Shown piece after piece: positions 26,718 through 38,670 of a DNA stretch of 64,000 nucleotides. Source of the DNA: Octopus sinensis (Eukaryota); assembly GCF_006345805.1 (NCBI RefSeq), contig NC_043009.1, positions 27,528,001-27,592,000 of the forward strand, in the 5' to 3' direction. Made by a program: the position numbers and the translations under genes. The number at the start of each line of letters is the position of its first letter. The first letter of the stretch is position 1. The notes under the pieces were generated by a model. That model did no database searches. It was not told the origin of the DNA and was given only the letters and a program-made list of their open reading frames with translations.

Positions 26718-26789
26718 AACATGTTTCCAAACTTGCAACATGCAACTGCATTTACATTGCATATATATTATATATTATGATACAGTTAT

Positions 26790-26841
<52 letters not shown>

Positions 26842-26903
26842 TATAGTAAGTAATACATACATATTATATTACATACATTTATACATATATGTATACATAC
26901 AAC

Positions 26904-26961
<58 letters not shown>

Positions 26962-27477
26962 TACACACTTATTCACAGAATTACTGATGTATATATACTG
27001 GTAAATATATATGTTTATGACTGTAGATTATGCATGTTTTGAAGCAGGTTTAATAGAGAGATCTGTCTATAGTATGCTATTGTGTGAAAGAACGGTAATA
27101 AGAAAATAATTTGTTTTTGTTAGAACCGTTTTCTTTTTTTTTATATAAACCAGCTTTGAAGTACCAAGTGAGTTGGTATTTTACTGACAATAAAGAAAAT
27201 CTTGGATGCAGAATAACTGTGGAAACAACTTAGAAAATTGGGTGAATACCCTTAGAAAACGGAAAAAGGGGCCAGCTAGATGCTATAGAGAATTGAACCC
27301 TGATTCTCTCAAATTTCATCTTAGTACTCTGTACCATTAAGCTAAATGATGTGTGACTTCTTTTACGAAATGTAATGGTTGGTTAGTAAGATGTTAGCAA
27401 ATGTGTTTCACGAGAAATCAATTCAGGCTTAATTATTATTAGTAATCATTTTTCTGTTATTATCACACTTCTACTAT

Positions 27478-28278
27478 CGACATTGACTGAGCCATTAATT
27501 GGATTACAACATTACCCGAACAATTACTAATCACACCTGGACTATTGTCGTCAATTACTTTCACACCTAGACTGCCTCCTGTCTTCATTGACTCAACAAT
27601 TAGCATCATACTTGGATTGCTGTTTATGTTTACAGAACGATTACCTGAATTATGATCTACATTGACTGAGACTGAACAATTACTATCATACCTGGACTAC
27701 TGTGTTCGTTTGCACTTACACCTGTAGTACCTTCTCTCAATTGTCTTAGCAATTAGTATCATACCTAGACTATTGTCCTCAGTCATTGTCATCCTTGGAA
27801 TATTGGCTTTCTATATTAATGCAAACATTAGTCATAACTGGATTAATTGAAAAATCACTGTCATACCTGGATTGTTGTCTGTCCATATTGATTGAAAAAT
27901 TACAGTCACACTTGGACTGTTGTTCTAAATTGACTGAAATATCATTGTCATGCCTGACCTATGGCTTTAGTATACTAACTGAACAATTAGTATCATATCT
28001 GGACTACTGTCTTCGTTTAAACTCACACCTGTATTACTGTCTCTCTATATTGTTTGAACAATTAGTGTCTTATGTGGACTGCTGTCTACATTGATGGGAA
28101 AATTTGTCATACCTGGACTAACTGAAAAATCAGTCATACTTGGATTATTGTCATTCTATACTGGTTGCAAAATTACAGTCATACCTGGATTATTGTTTTT
28201 CTAAATGGACTGAAATATCAGTGTAACACCTGTGCTATTACCTGTCTATATTGACTGAATAATTACTATCATAACTCA
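27478..28278. repeat. Degenerate minisatellite, ~42-45 bp unit
   Basis: Recurrent unit close to ATTGACTGAACAATTACTGTCATACCTGGACTATTGTC. Measured spacings include 42 bp (27887 to 27929) and 45 bp (27929 to 27974). Confidence 0.85.
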
Positions 28279-28321
28279 AGCAGACAGAAGAACAATACAA
28301 AATACTAATGACAGTCTTGTC

Positions 28322-28506
28322 TACTCTAGGCACAAGGCCCAAAATTTTGGGGGAGGTGGCCAGTTGATTACATCGACCCCAGTACACAACTGGTACTTAA
28401 TTTACTGACTCCGAAAGGATGAAAGGCAAAGTCGACCTTGACAGAATTTGAACTCAGAACATAAAGACAGAGGAAATGCTACCAAACATCTTGCCAGCTC
28501 GCCACC
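28322..28506 (-). mobile_element. SINE family B
   Basis: Reverse complement GGCGAGCTGGCAAG...GAGTTCAAATTCTGTCAAGGTCGACTTTGCCTTTCATCCTTTCGGAGTC...GGCCTTGTGCC. Confidence 0.85.
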
Positions 28507-28534
28507 TTAAAATACTAATGATAGTGGAGGAGGA

Positions 28535-28870
28535 GACCCCCTTTGAACATGAATGACCAAGGGATTGCACTTAGAAAGTTACCCTCCAAGGTACAAGTCT
28601 GGGCAAGGTTGTTTATGGAAGGCTAGCAGTTGCCCATGCATACCAGCCTCTCCTCTCCACACCACTGATGTTATCCAAGGGAAAGGCAAAGGCTGATACA
28701 GCTTGGCACCAGTGATGTTGCAACTCATTTCTACAGCTGAGTTAACTGGGGCAACATGAAATAAAGAACACAACATGCTCAAGAATACAACATGCAGCCT
28801 GGTCCAGGGATTGAACTCACAATCTCACGATTGTAAGCTTGACACTCTAACCACTGAGCCATGTGCCTTC
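28535..28870 (-). mobile_element. tRNA-headed SINE (front module 2 + tail Z)
   Basis: Reverse complement GGCACATGGCTCAGTGGTTAGAGTG...GAGTTCAATCCC...TTTATTTCATGTTGCCCCAGTTAACTCAGCTG, followed by a tail unlike X, Y or W. Confidence 0.75.
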
Positions 28871-30282
28871 ACTACAATTAACCACATTTGATTGGTCGTA
28901 TGCTGGTATACAATTAAAAGTAATTAAATGACCATAACTTTAGTGTTTCACATCACTTGATAATTTTCTTGGAGATATAGGATATCTTGCCAAAGAGATC
29001 AAGAAATCTAGGTGGGGTGGATGTAGATGTAATCAAGAAATACCTAGGTAACTCGTTTTATTTGTGATTCCAGACAAATCTGCATCATGGCAAGAATTGT
29101 GACTAAAGGCTGTTGTATCAAACTCCCTTTTTTCTGTCAAGAGTTAACTAGTGTTAAAGTATTAACAATTGCATAGCTGGTGCTCCAGTATGGTCATAAC
29201 CTTCAGACCGAAACAAATAATGTTTCACTCTATTAGATCTCATCAGCATAAGGCAGTCTAACAAAACCTGCCAATCAGTCGACACAGATTTTGTCGTCAT
29301 TGATTTTTTTCTACTGTCACCACCACCACCACCACTACTACCACCACCGCCACCTCCTCCTCCTCCTCCTCATCATCATCGTTGTTGTTGTCACTGTGAT
29401 ATATATGAAAGGCTTCTACCAGGCAGTTTCTGTCTGCCAAATATCATTTGCAAAACACATCAATCAACCAAAAGGAAAATACAGGTGCACTGAAGACCAA
29501 GAAGGAAACTTTTACTCAACTCATTTGGTGGGATCGATCCTGGAACTATGAGACAGCAAAATAAACTTGTTAACCACATACAACCATACCATACTTAAAT
29601 ATGTAACCTAATATCTTTTTATTTCTTTCCACTTGTGTTTCCATGAAAAATTTCCCTTGGACATGTCAAATTTCCAGACAGATTAATTTTTGATAATGAA
29701 CTGAGAATTGGACATAATGCTCAAAGAACAGCAAGAATTTGGAATTGGTGGATTATAACTCAAGCACTTTTCAGTAGAAAATACTCAGAGAATGCTATGT
29801 TATAGAGTCACCTTGTTTGTGATGTCTAAAAGAGAAAAAAAAAACAACCACTCATGAACAAAGTTACTAGCTAATATGAAGCAGAGGAAATTACATTTGA
29901 TTGGAAAAATGGCGACAGATAGAGAAATGGTAAGAATGAAGGAGAAAGAAAGAGACAGAGAGAGAGAAAGAGAGAGATAGGGAAAGAGAAAGAGAAAGGA
30001 AGAAAGAGGAAGCGAGAGAGAAAAGGGTAGTTAATGTATTGGTAGCAATAATAATGATCAGCAATCACCGGTAGGCCTTCTGTATGACGTCTGCAAGCGC
30101 TACTAAAAGTGCATAGTAGCGAGTCCAATATTATGGATTTTGTGACCAATGCTAGAACCAACTTGATTAATGACTTTGCTGCCATTGCTATTGTAAGAAT
30201 GGTAATGACGCTAATGACACTTTTTTTTTAAACCTTTTTTCTTACTACTTTTTGTCATTTTTACAAACATGACAACAACACC

Positions 30283-30323
<41 letters not shown>

Positions 30324-30577
30324 TAAAGACAATTATTATAATACTTTTTAAAATTTAATTAGGCAGCATTACTGGAGTAAATTAATTAAACACCACCTAC
30401 TAGTTGTAGTTTTTTTACTCACTTTGCGAGTACACCACCTTCAGGACAACAGTTTTGTTGTCAAACTTTAAATATTCTGAGATGAATTATTGTTGTTAAT
30501 AAGATTATAATTTTGTAGACTAATTAACCTCATATCCAAAGATTAACTAGTTTTTAAAAAAATTGTTATTTATCTCC

Positions 30578-30734
30578 ACAGGTGTGACTGTGTGGTAAGA
30601 AGTTTGTTTTCCAACAACAAAGTTCCAGGTTCAGTCTCACTGCATGGCAACTTGGCAAGTGTCTTCTCCTATAGCCTTGTGCCACCAAAAGCCTTGTGAG
30701 CGGATTCGGTAGACAGAAACTGAAAGAAGACTGT

Positions 30735-30806
<72 letters not shown>

Positions 30807-30825
30807 AATACATAATATATATATA

Positions 30826-30869
<44 letters not shown>

Positions 30870-31260
30870 TCATATATTTTGTGTTGTCTGTGTTTGTTCC
30901 CCTGCCATCACCTGACAACCGATGCTGGTGTGTTTACATCCCTGTAACCTAACGGTTCAGCAAAAGAACTGATCGAATATGTACTAGGCTTACAAAAAAT
31001 ATGCCCTGATGTTGATTTGTTTGACTAAAGGCAGTGCTCCAGCATGGCTACAATCAAATGACTGAAACAAGTAAAAGAATAAAAGAATAGAAGAACAGGT
31101 GTGGCTGTGAGGTTAAGAAGTTTCCTTCCCAACCACATGGTTTTGGGTTCAGTCCCACTGAAAATATCTTTGGGAAAATATCTTCTACTATAACCTTCTA
31201 TTAGTCAAAGCCTTGTGAATGAATTTGATAGATTGAAATGGAAAGAAATTTGTTGCATAC
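30578..31260 (+). mobile_element. Full-length SINE family A with internal (TA)n (30578-31088), followed directly by a second 5' half (31095-31260)
   Basis: Both begin ACAGGTGTG(A/G)CTGTG, with B box GGTTCAGTC(T/C)C and a CORE-like GGCAAGTGTCTTCT in the first copy. Tail ends TGACTGAAACAAGTAAAAGA. Confidence 0.85.
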
Positions 31261-31261
31261 A

Positions 31262-31463
31262 TACGAGGGAGGTGCTGAAAATCTCCTGGCTTTAAGGGTC
31301 TCATGAAAGGCCAAGTCGGAGGCCCAACCTTCTGAGTTCTTTTAAAGGGCTTAGAAAAACTGAAGGGCCACTACAATAAGTGTGTGAATCTGAGAGGAGA
31401 ATACGTTGAACAAAATCATAATCAACTGATCCTACTGTATTTTCTTTTATCAAAAGCCAGGAG
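31262..31463 (+). mobile_element. Mariner-derived MITE retaining the transposase C-terminus
   Basis: Left TIR TACGAGGGAGGTGCTGAAAATCTCCTGGCTTT. 31348-31413 translates GLEKLKGHYNKCVNLRGEYVEQ, matching the mariner GIxxLxxRWxKCxxxxGxYxE terminus. Right TIR is truncated. Confidence 0.8.
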
Positions 31464-31590
31464 GGTCGGTTAATTATGATTTTGTTCAACATATTCCCAT
31501 CCGGCTTTTAAAGTGTGTTTCTTTTTTGGATATATGATCCACTAACAATACACACACACACACACTCACAAACACACACACACACACACG

Positions 31591-31626
<36 letters not shown>

Positions 31627-31706
31627 TAAATTAAGCAGAAAATGGAGAAATTCTTGATCAACAACAGATTGACTATCATCAATTTCTCCATTTTCTACTT
31701 AATTTA
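31627..31706. repeat. Inverted repeat, 26-bp arms with 28-nt spacer
   Basis: TAAATTAAGCAGAAAATGGAGAAATT versus reverse complement TAAATTAAGTAGAAAATGGAGAAATT; one mismatch. Confidence 0.85.
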
Positions 31707-32215
31707 AATTTACTTCCTGATAAATTCTTGTTTATTTTTGTTATTGCCTGTGCCCTATGAGCATAATATGCTTGTATACGTATGCCCAGGGTTAACATAG
31801 GTAATTGATACTGGTAGTAAATGAATATTCTTATCCCTTAGATGATTATTCCAACCGCTAACTCTACTATATATATATATATCCAAAAAACATATGTTAG
31901 AGACAAAAAATGGAAAACACAGAAATCTTTAATGTTCACAATGACCATTTCAACACATCCTGCATCGATGCCTAGTGGGTGGGTAGAGGCTATACAACTA
32001 GTTGTGGTGCATCTCTTGGTGCAGAAGCATCTCGTCAAGGGATGTACTAAGAGGTATCTCGATAAATGAACTCTGTTTTGTTTGGATTTAATACAGCATG
32101 TTGTTTGTGACCGTAGGTTTAAGCCGCTGGGCAGTAATAGTGCCAGATAGCCATAGACAGTGGGTGTGCTTCATCAGAGTACTACTTGGAACATGTTCAA
32201 CATTTAATAAATATG

Positions 32216-32254
<39 letters not shown>

Positions 32255-32468
32255 GTCATTCTTTATGTCATTTGTCCTCTTTTCCATTTGTTTCTCTCAT
32301 TCTTTGTTTTTGCATTTCATGTTGTCTACTGTTGGTGACATTCTGTATCCATATATGCATGTGTGTGTATATATATATACAAAATTTGTATGTAACACAA
32401 TTTTTAATCTTCGGATTTTTTAAATATTCTAAGCCACTACCCTTATTATTTAATTTATATATATATAT

Positions 32469-32677
32469 AAAGTTAATCCAAACATGAAAACACAAAGACA
32501 AAACACAACAACGCGAGGACGTGGAACAAGTATAGTATTATTGGCTGCTCAGGAAAGAAGGAAAGAAGGAGGGTTTAACGTTTCGAGCGGAGCTCTTCAT
32601 CAGAAACATAGGAAAAGGAAAGATCCAAAGAAGGGAAGACGGAGGAAAAAAAATCAACCCCACGGTACACATGCGGT
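32469..32677 (-). mobile_element. ~210-bp hammerhead-bearing repeat (Penelope-like terminal repeat or retrozyme-like), copy 1
   Basis: Highly similar to 34001-34207, flanked by (TA)n on both sides, and contains the hammerhead motif at 32573-32607. Confidence 0.75.
32573..32607 (-). ncRNA. Minimal type I hammerhead ribozyme motif
   Basis: Minus strand reads GUUU-CUGAUGA-A-GAGC(UCC)GCUC-GAA-ACGU-U-AAAC: complete conserved core, 4-bp stem I, 4-bp stem II, palindromic ACGU in place of stem III, GUU cleavage triplet. Confidence 0.8.
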
Positions 32678-32733
32678 TATAATATATATATAATATATAT
32701 TATGTATATATATATATATATGTATATATATAA

Positions 32734-32770
<37 letters not shown>

Positions 32771-32826
32771 ATGCAATACGAGAGTATTGCTTTCCAGTAA
32801 AGATAGCCCGTGAGGGAAAATTACAC

Positions 32827-32947
32827 ATAAAAGCAATAAATGGCACAACAAAGTACCGATATTTACTGGAAAATAGCGTCGTATTTATTATGTTCGGTAT
32901 TTTCCAGTAAATATCGGTACTTCGTTGTGCCATTTATTTGCTTTTAT
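32827..32947. repeat. Inverted repeat, ~49-bp arms with 22-nt loop
   Basis: ATAAAAGCAATAAATGGCACAACAAAGTACCGATATTTACTGGAAAATA matches the reverse complement of 32898-32947 with one substitution and one indel. Confidence 0.9.
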
Positions 32948-32950
32948 GTA

Positions 32951-32988
<38 letters not shown>

Positions 32989-33329
32989 TATATATATATA
33001 TGTATATGTATGTATGTATGTACGGATGTATGTATAATCATATATATATAGTCCAACCCAATGCTAGCAGAAGTTTGGATGAAGATTTGAGGCAGGATTT
33101 TACGGTCAGATAATGTTCCTGTTGTTTCCAAGAAATAGATAGCTTTATTCCACAGGTCTTTGAAAATGCAGAACACCTGGTCATAATGTTAACAAGGGAT
33201 GTCACACATAGAATACATAAACATTGATGCACATACGTGCACCCTCAAGCATGTATGTACACATACATATACATATGTATATGTATGCATCAACCCCACC
33301 AAATACACATATATATATCTTTTATTTGT

Positions 33330-33668
33330 TTTAGGTATTAGACTAAAACTATGCTGGGGTTTTAATTGAATGAATTGACCCCACTGTTTATTTTTTTTAA
33401 GCTTGGTATTTATTCTATCGGGATCTTTTGCTGAACTGTTTGTTTACAGGGATGTAGACAAACCAATACCAGTGGGGGACAAACACAGGCACAAAGACAC
33501 ACACACATAGATTCATATTTACATATATGTGTGTGTGTGTGTGTGTGTATAAGATGGGCTTCTTTCAGTTTGTGTTAGCCCAAGATCATTGTACAATACA
33601 CTTGACCAAGTGGGACTGAACCTGGAACTATGTGTATGGGAAGTAAACTTCTTGCCACACAGCCATGC
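33330..33668 (-). mobile_element. SINE family A with internal deletion and internal microsatellite
   Basis: Reverse complement head GGCATGGCTGTGTGGCAAGAAGTTTACTTCCC...GGTTCAGTCCC; tail homology at 33330-33490. Confidence 0.7.
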
Positions 33669-33708
33669 CTATGCATGCATGTATACAAATACATACGTGC
33701 ATACACAG

Positions 33709-33740
<32 letters not shown>

Positions 33741-33843
33741 ATATGTGTGTTTATGTGTGTGTGCATGTTTGTGTATGTATAATTGTATATGTATATATAT
33801 GTATATATATATATATATATGTGTGTGTATATTATGTGTATTA

Positions 33844-33890
<47 letters not shown>

Positions 33891-33893
33891 ATA

Positions 33894-33976
<83 letters not shown>

Positions 33977-34000
33977 ATTTTCTCTTTTTCTCATACATAT

Positions 34001-34207
34001 AAATTAATCCAAACAAGAAGCAACAAAAAAACACAACAACGCGAGGACATGGAACAAATATAGTATTATTGGACACTCAGGAAAGAAGGAAAGAAGGAGG
34101 GTTTAATGCTTCGAGTGGAGCTCTTCATCGGAAACATAGGAGAAGGAAAGATCCAGAGAAGGGAAGACAGAAGAAAAAAAATCGCCAACGGTACACACGC
34201 AGTCACA
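34001..34207 (-). mobile_element. Hammerhead-bearing repeat, copy 2 (degenerate core at 34101-34135)
   Basis: GUUU-CCGAUGA-A-GAGC(UCC)ACUC-GAA-GCAU-U-AAAC; flanks align with 32469-32677. Confidence 0.75.
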
Positions 34208-34226
34208 TTTTGAAGATTATATATAT

Positions 34227-34269
<43 letters not shown>

Positions 34270-34281
34270 AATATATGTTAT

Positions 34282-34317
<36 letters not shown>

Positions 34318-34503
34318 AGCTCACTGCAGATTGATAGATGACCAAATTTCCATGGTTAGCTGGAGCTATTATGGCAGACACCATGCTAGGTGACACTGAC
34401 TGAGACAGATTCCTGAACAACATGATTACAAAATGATCTTAACTACATGCAACCGTTTACCTACCTACCTACCTGCCTATCTATCTATCTATCAGTCTGT
34501 CTG

Positions 34504-34543
<40 letters not shown>

Positions 34544-36748
34544 ATCTATCTATCAGTATACACTTGTGTATACATGCACAAGTAAACACACACATACATG
34601 CAAATGTATATGCTTATATGTGTGTGTTTACATATATGTGTGCATGTTTATATCATCGGCTGCTAAACAGTTTCTGTACAACCAACTTCCTGTCACATGT
34701 TATTGGTCATTGTGAGGTTATTGTAGGAAAAAAAAGAAAAAAATATTACCTAAGATTCTGCATGTTAAGATTGGACCAGAAACCACACAGTTGTAAATCC
34801 AGTTGCTTAACCCCACAGCCATTCCTGTACCTTAATATTCCAGAAAATTATAATCTTAATAATTACATCTGTGTTATTGCGAGTTTCAAGCATGACAATA
34901 TCAATAATTTTAACGATGATAAATATGACAGTAGCTACTACGATCATTTGTAAATTTGGCAAAGAATCCAGGAAGTATGGATAAAATTCCTTGAAGAATT
35001 CCATATGAAAGGAAGATTTGTCTGATTGATATGAATGAATGGTTTTGATTAGGTTCTATTGATTAGGGCTGATTACTTACAACAAGCAATGAACAGAAGA
35101 GAGACAGGATGGTTTTGATTTGGATGGTAAAGGAAGAAGAAATACAAACATGTTCATATATACACATATATAGATATATATGATCTTACCTTGGTGAGAT
35201 ACATGTATAAATGCTCCAATAAATTATAAGAAATAAATAGAGATATAATCCAAAATTGGTAAAGATCCACACGGCACCATAAAATGGTATGAAAATATCA
35301 AGCAAAAACCCAAGGAAAAAATAACCTGTTGCCGTTTCCTATCAGGCAAAATCTATGAGATCTTAGAAATGGCAATATAGGGTATAATTCTGCGTTTTTC
35401 TTTTTCTTTCATTTCCAAGATTAAATGAAATTCTAATGAAAGTAACAAGAAAAAAATGATTAAGATCCTTGTAAAGAAAGAAAGTTCAAAGCAAGTGGAA
35501 TAGTATTTTAGAAGTATAAAATTCTTAAGGAAGCTGGAATGGTTCTTATTTAAAAGTCTGCTTCGGTTTATTCTCAGTAATTCCTCAACTCTGTGTGTAT
35601 TTTATAACTTACTTCCATCCAGACTGACTGGTTAGAAATCTGTTTGTCATCAAATTGAAAGAAAGAAAAAAGAAGGAACTAAAAGAAGAGAAAAGAAAAG
35701 TTAAGGAGCGGAAACAAACCCCTCCTCCTTCCTATTGAAGTAAGAACTGTCACCATTAAACTCCTTAAGGGGATCCCTGCTATAAGTTAGTTAGCCTTAG
35801 CAGACAACAACATGTGGACCCTGAAAGTTAAAGAAGGCTACTGAGTGGAAAGATATCTAGGGGTGAGAGACGGGTGCGTGAGAGGGGGCGTGAGTGCTGG
35901 TGGTGGGGAAGTGAGCGGTGGCAATGTGGGTGTGTATGTGGGTAAGGGTAATATCTGTGAAGATTGGTCAGAAAAAGAGGGGGATGGAAAAAGGGGCTGA
36001 GGTGAGTTTATAAGACCTGGGGACATGTTTAAGTGTGTGAGAGCACTGGCACGTGTGTATGTGTGTCTGCGTGTGTGTGTGCATGGGTATATGTGTATGT
36101 GGGGGTATATATTTATTAACCATAGAAAATATCTGAAGTTTTACTCTGTGATGTGTGTGTGTATGTGTATGCACACACACACACACTCTCGCACACACAC
36201 ATGTATGTATATTTGTACATCTATATGTGTATAAATCCCTACCCTCTTTGTGTGTGTGTGTCTATACAGAAAGTGAGAAAAGAGAGATACATTACCTGTG
36301 AGTGTGTGCCATACACGTACACACACTCTCTTTCTCCCTCTTTCTCACACACACACTCACACCTACACACGCACACACACACACACACTCACACCTATAC
36401 ACACACATGTATAAGCTGAAGTCAGTGCAACAGTAGGCTCATATTCCACATACACATGGCATAGATGGGATGATATAGTTTGTTTTGAGAAGACAAATGG
36501 GAGGGATTGAAAGATGTGAAGCGGCTGTGGCCGGTGGTGGCGGTTGCAGTGGCAGGGGTGGTACTGCCGGAATGGGGGGAGAAGGGCAGGCGAGGTAGAA
36601 AGAGCTATTAATTATAAAGGGAGGTGTACAGGAAAAGAAGAAGATGAAGAAGGATGACAGGTGAAGGGGAAATGGGGAAATAAGTGGGGATGGAGACGTC
36701 CAACCCCATAACAGAAGTTACAGAGGTGTTAAAAGAAAAAAGTGGGGG

Positions 36749-36805
36749 GAAGAAGAAGAAGAAGAAGAAGAAGAAGAAGAAGAAGAAGAAGAAGAAGAAG
36801 AAGAA
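36749..36805. repeat. (GAA)19 inside a purine-rich tract
   Basis: Counted directly. Confidence 0.95.
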
Positions 36806-37377
36806 GAGAAAAGAAGAGATATCAGCGGTGGTGGGGGTCAGGTATAAAGAGATAGGGGAAGGGAAGAACAAAGTTTGAAGACAAAAAAAAAAGAAAAGAA
36901 AAAGAATGGGTGGATAATGGGGTGTGGCAATTAAATAAGGGTGGAGTTGGTATGACTGGGTAGGATGAGCATATAGTAGGAATATATATATAGAGAGAGA
37001 GTTGAAGATGCTTGAAGTGGCCCGGCTGGTTGGTTAAGTTTGCATTCCATCATGTCTAGCTTTGGGTTTATGAAGTATGAGAGACAGATGGGTAGGAATA
37101 TTAAGATATTTTGGATGCATTTAGGGGTATTGGATTGTGAAGAAGAAGAGTGGCGATGATGAGTCTGATAATTAGGAAAGTTGGGTGGCTGACAACAGCC
37201 AAAAAAAGAAAATAAGAAAAAGGGTAAAAAAGCAATAAGAAAAAAAAGAAAAAGAGAGGTGGGGTAAGACTTATATGTGAAAAAGGAAAGCATCAAAAGC
37301 GTTTGCGTATGCACACACGCATGCACCCACACATATAAATAGCCACGTACTTGCATACGCATGCACAGTCATGTATC

Positions 37378-37815
37378 AATCATCTTTGCCACCATCATCA
37401 TCATCATCATCATCTGCATAACCACTTCCACCACCACCACCACCACCACCACCACCACCACTGCCGACTGCTCATCCTCCATCCTCTGCCTTCTCCTCCA
37501 CATCTTCTCCATCACCAATGCCGCTGCCAAACTGTTGCAGATGCACCTGTCATTCTCCTCACCATCATCATCATCACCACCAGCATCTTTGGCGCCATCA
37601 ACCCTGCCGCCACCAACAGCACCTTCAACTCCATCACCTCCATCATCCACATGACAATGCTACCACCACCATCATCATCACCATCATCACCACACCACCA
37701 CCACCACCACCACCACCACCACCACACCACCACCACCACCACCACCACCACTACATTCACCACCTTCACCACTGGCAATATTATTTCAGATCCATTTTTG
37801 CCATTCCAGTATGGA
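37378..37815 (-). repeat. (CAT/CAC)n tract abutting a probable minus-strand RTE-type tail
   Basis: Reverse complement of 37770-37815 reads ATCCATACTGGAATGGCAAAAATGGATCTGAAATAAT, similar to the RTE terminus. Confidence 0.7.
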
Positions 37816-38340
37816 TAAGGAACTGTCTTCTTCTTCAGCTCATCTTCTCTCTCTATTTCTTGCCATCCTTCAATATCTCCAGAGTGAGGTGAGGCTTCCT
37901 GAGATCAACTTTCAGCCTCTCTTCCTATTTCTTTCTTGGTCTTCCGATTCCGTAATTATATAATTATTGGCGGGTGTTTATAAAGCATAAATTATTGGAG
38001 CATATCCTTAAATAGGTTTAACACACATGTACCTAACTTGCATACATACATACATACATACATACATACATACATACATACATACATACACACACACACA
38101 TGCACACATACATACAATACATACATACATATATACACAAATACATACATGTATATATACATACACACATACATAGATACATAAATATATACATACACAC
38201 ATACATACATGCATAACTACATACATACACACATACATATTTATATATATGTATATATATATGTGTGTGCATGTGTGTGTGTATACGTATATATATCTAT
38301 ACATATCTACACACACATATATGTATGTATATATATATAT

Positions 38341-38377
<37 letters not shown>

Positions 38378-38519
38378 AACACATACACACACACATATAT
38401 ATATATTAATGTTTGCTTTTATATTCAGTTAAATACATATGCACACACACTCAAGCACACACACACACACACACGCATATATATGTATGTATACATGTAT
38501 GTATGGAAGCACAGTTTTA

Positions 38520-38670
38520 GATGTGTGGTAAGTAGCTTGCTTCCCAACCACATGGCTTTTGGTTCAGTCCCTCTGCGTGGCACCTTGGGCAAGTGTCTTC
38601 TAATATAGCCTTGGACCAACCAAGGCTTTGCCACTGGATTTGGTAGATGGAAACTAAAACAGTCCCATTG
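38520..38670 (+). mobile_element. SINE family A, 5' half
   Basis: TGTGTGGTAAGTAGCTTGCTTCCCAACCACATGG...GGCACCTTGGGCAAGTGTCTTCT. Confidence 0.85.

Noticed and set aside
27478-28278. Repeat array as a CRISPR locus
   Set aside because: Units are degenerate and contiguous, with no unique spacers and no cas genes; eukaryotic context.
29871-30185. 104-aa minus-strand ORF with a complex N-terminal part
   Set aside because: No recognisable motif or splice context, and the second half is a GA-repeat translation.
32160-32185. CTGATGAAGCAC half-motif on the minus strand
   Set aside because: No downstream GAAA or stem II partner; cannot be called a hammerhead.
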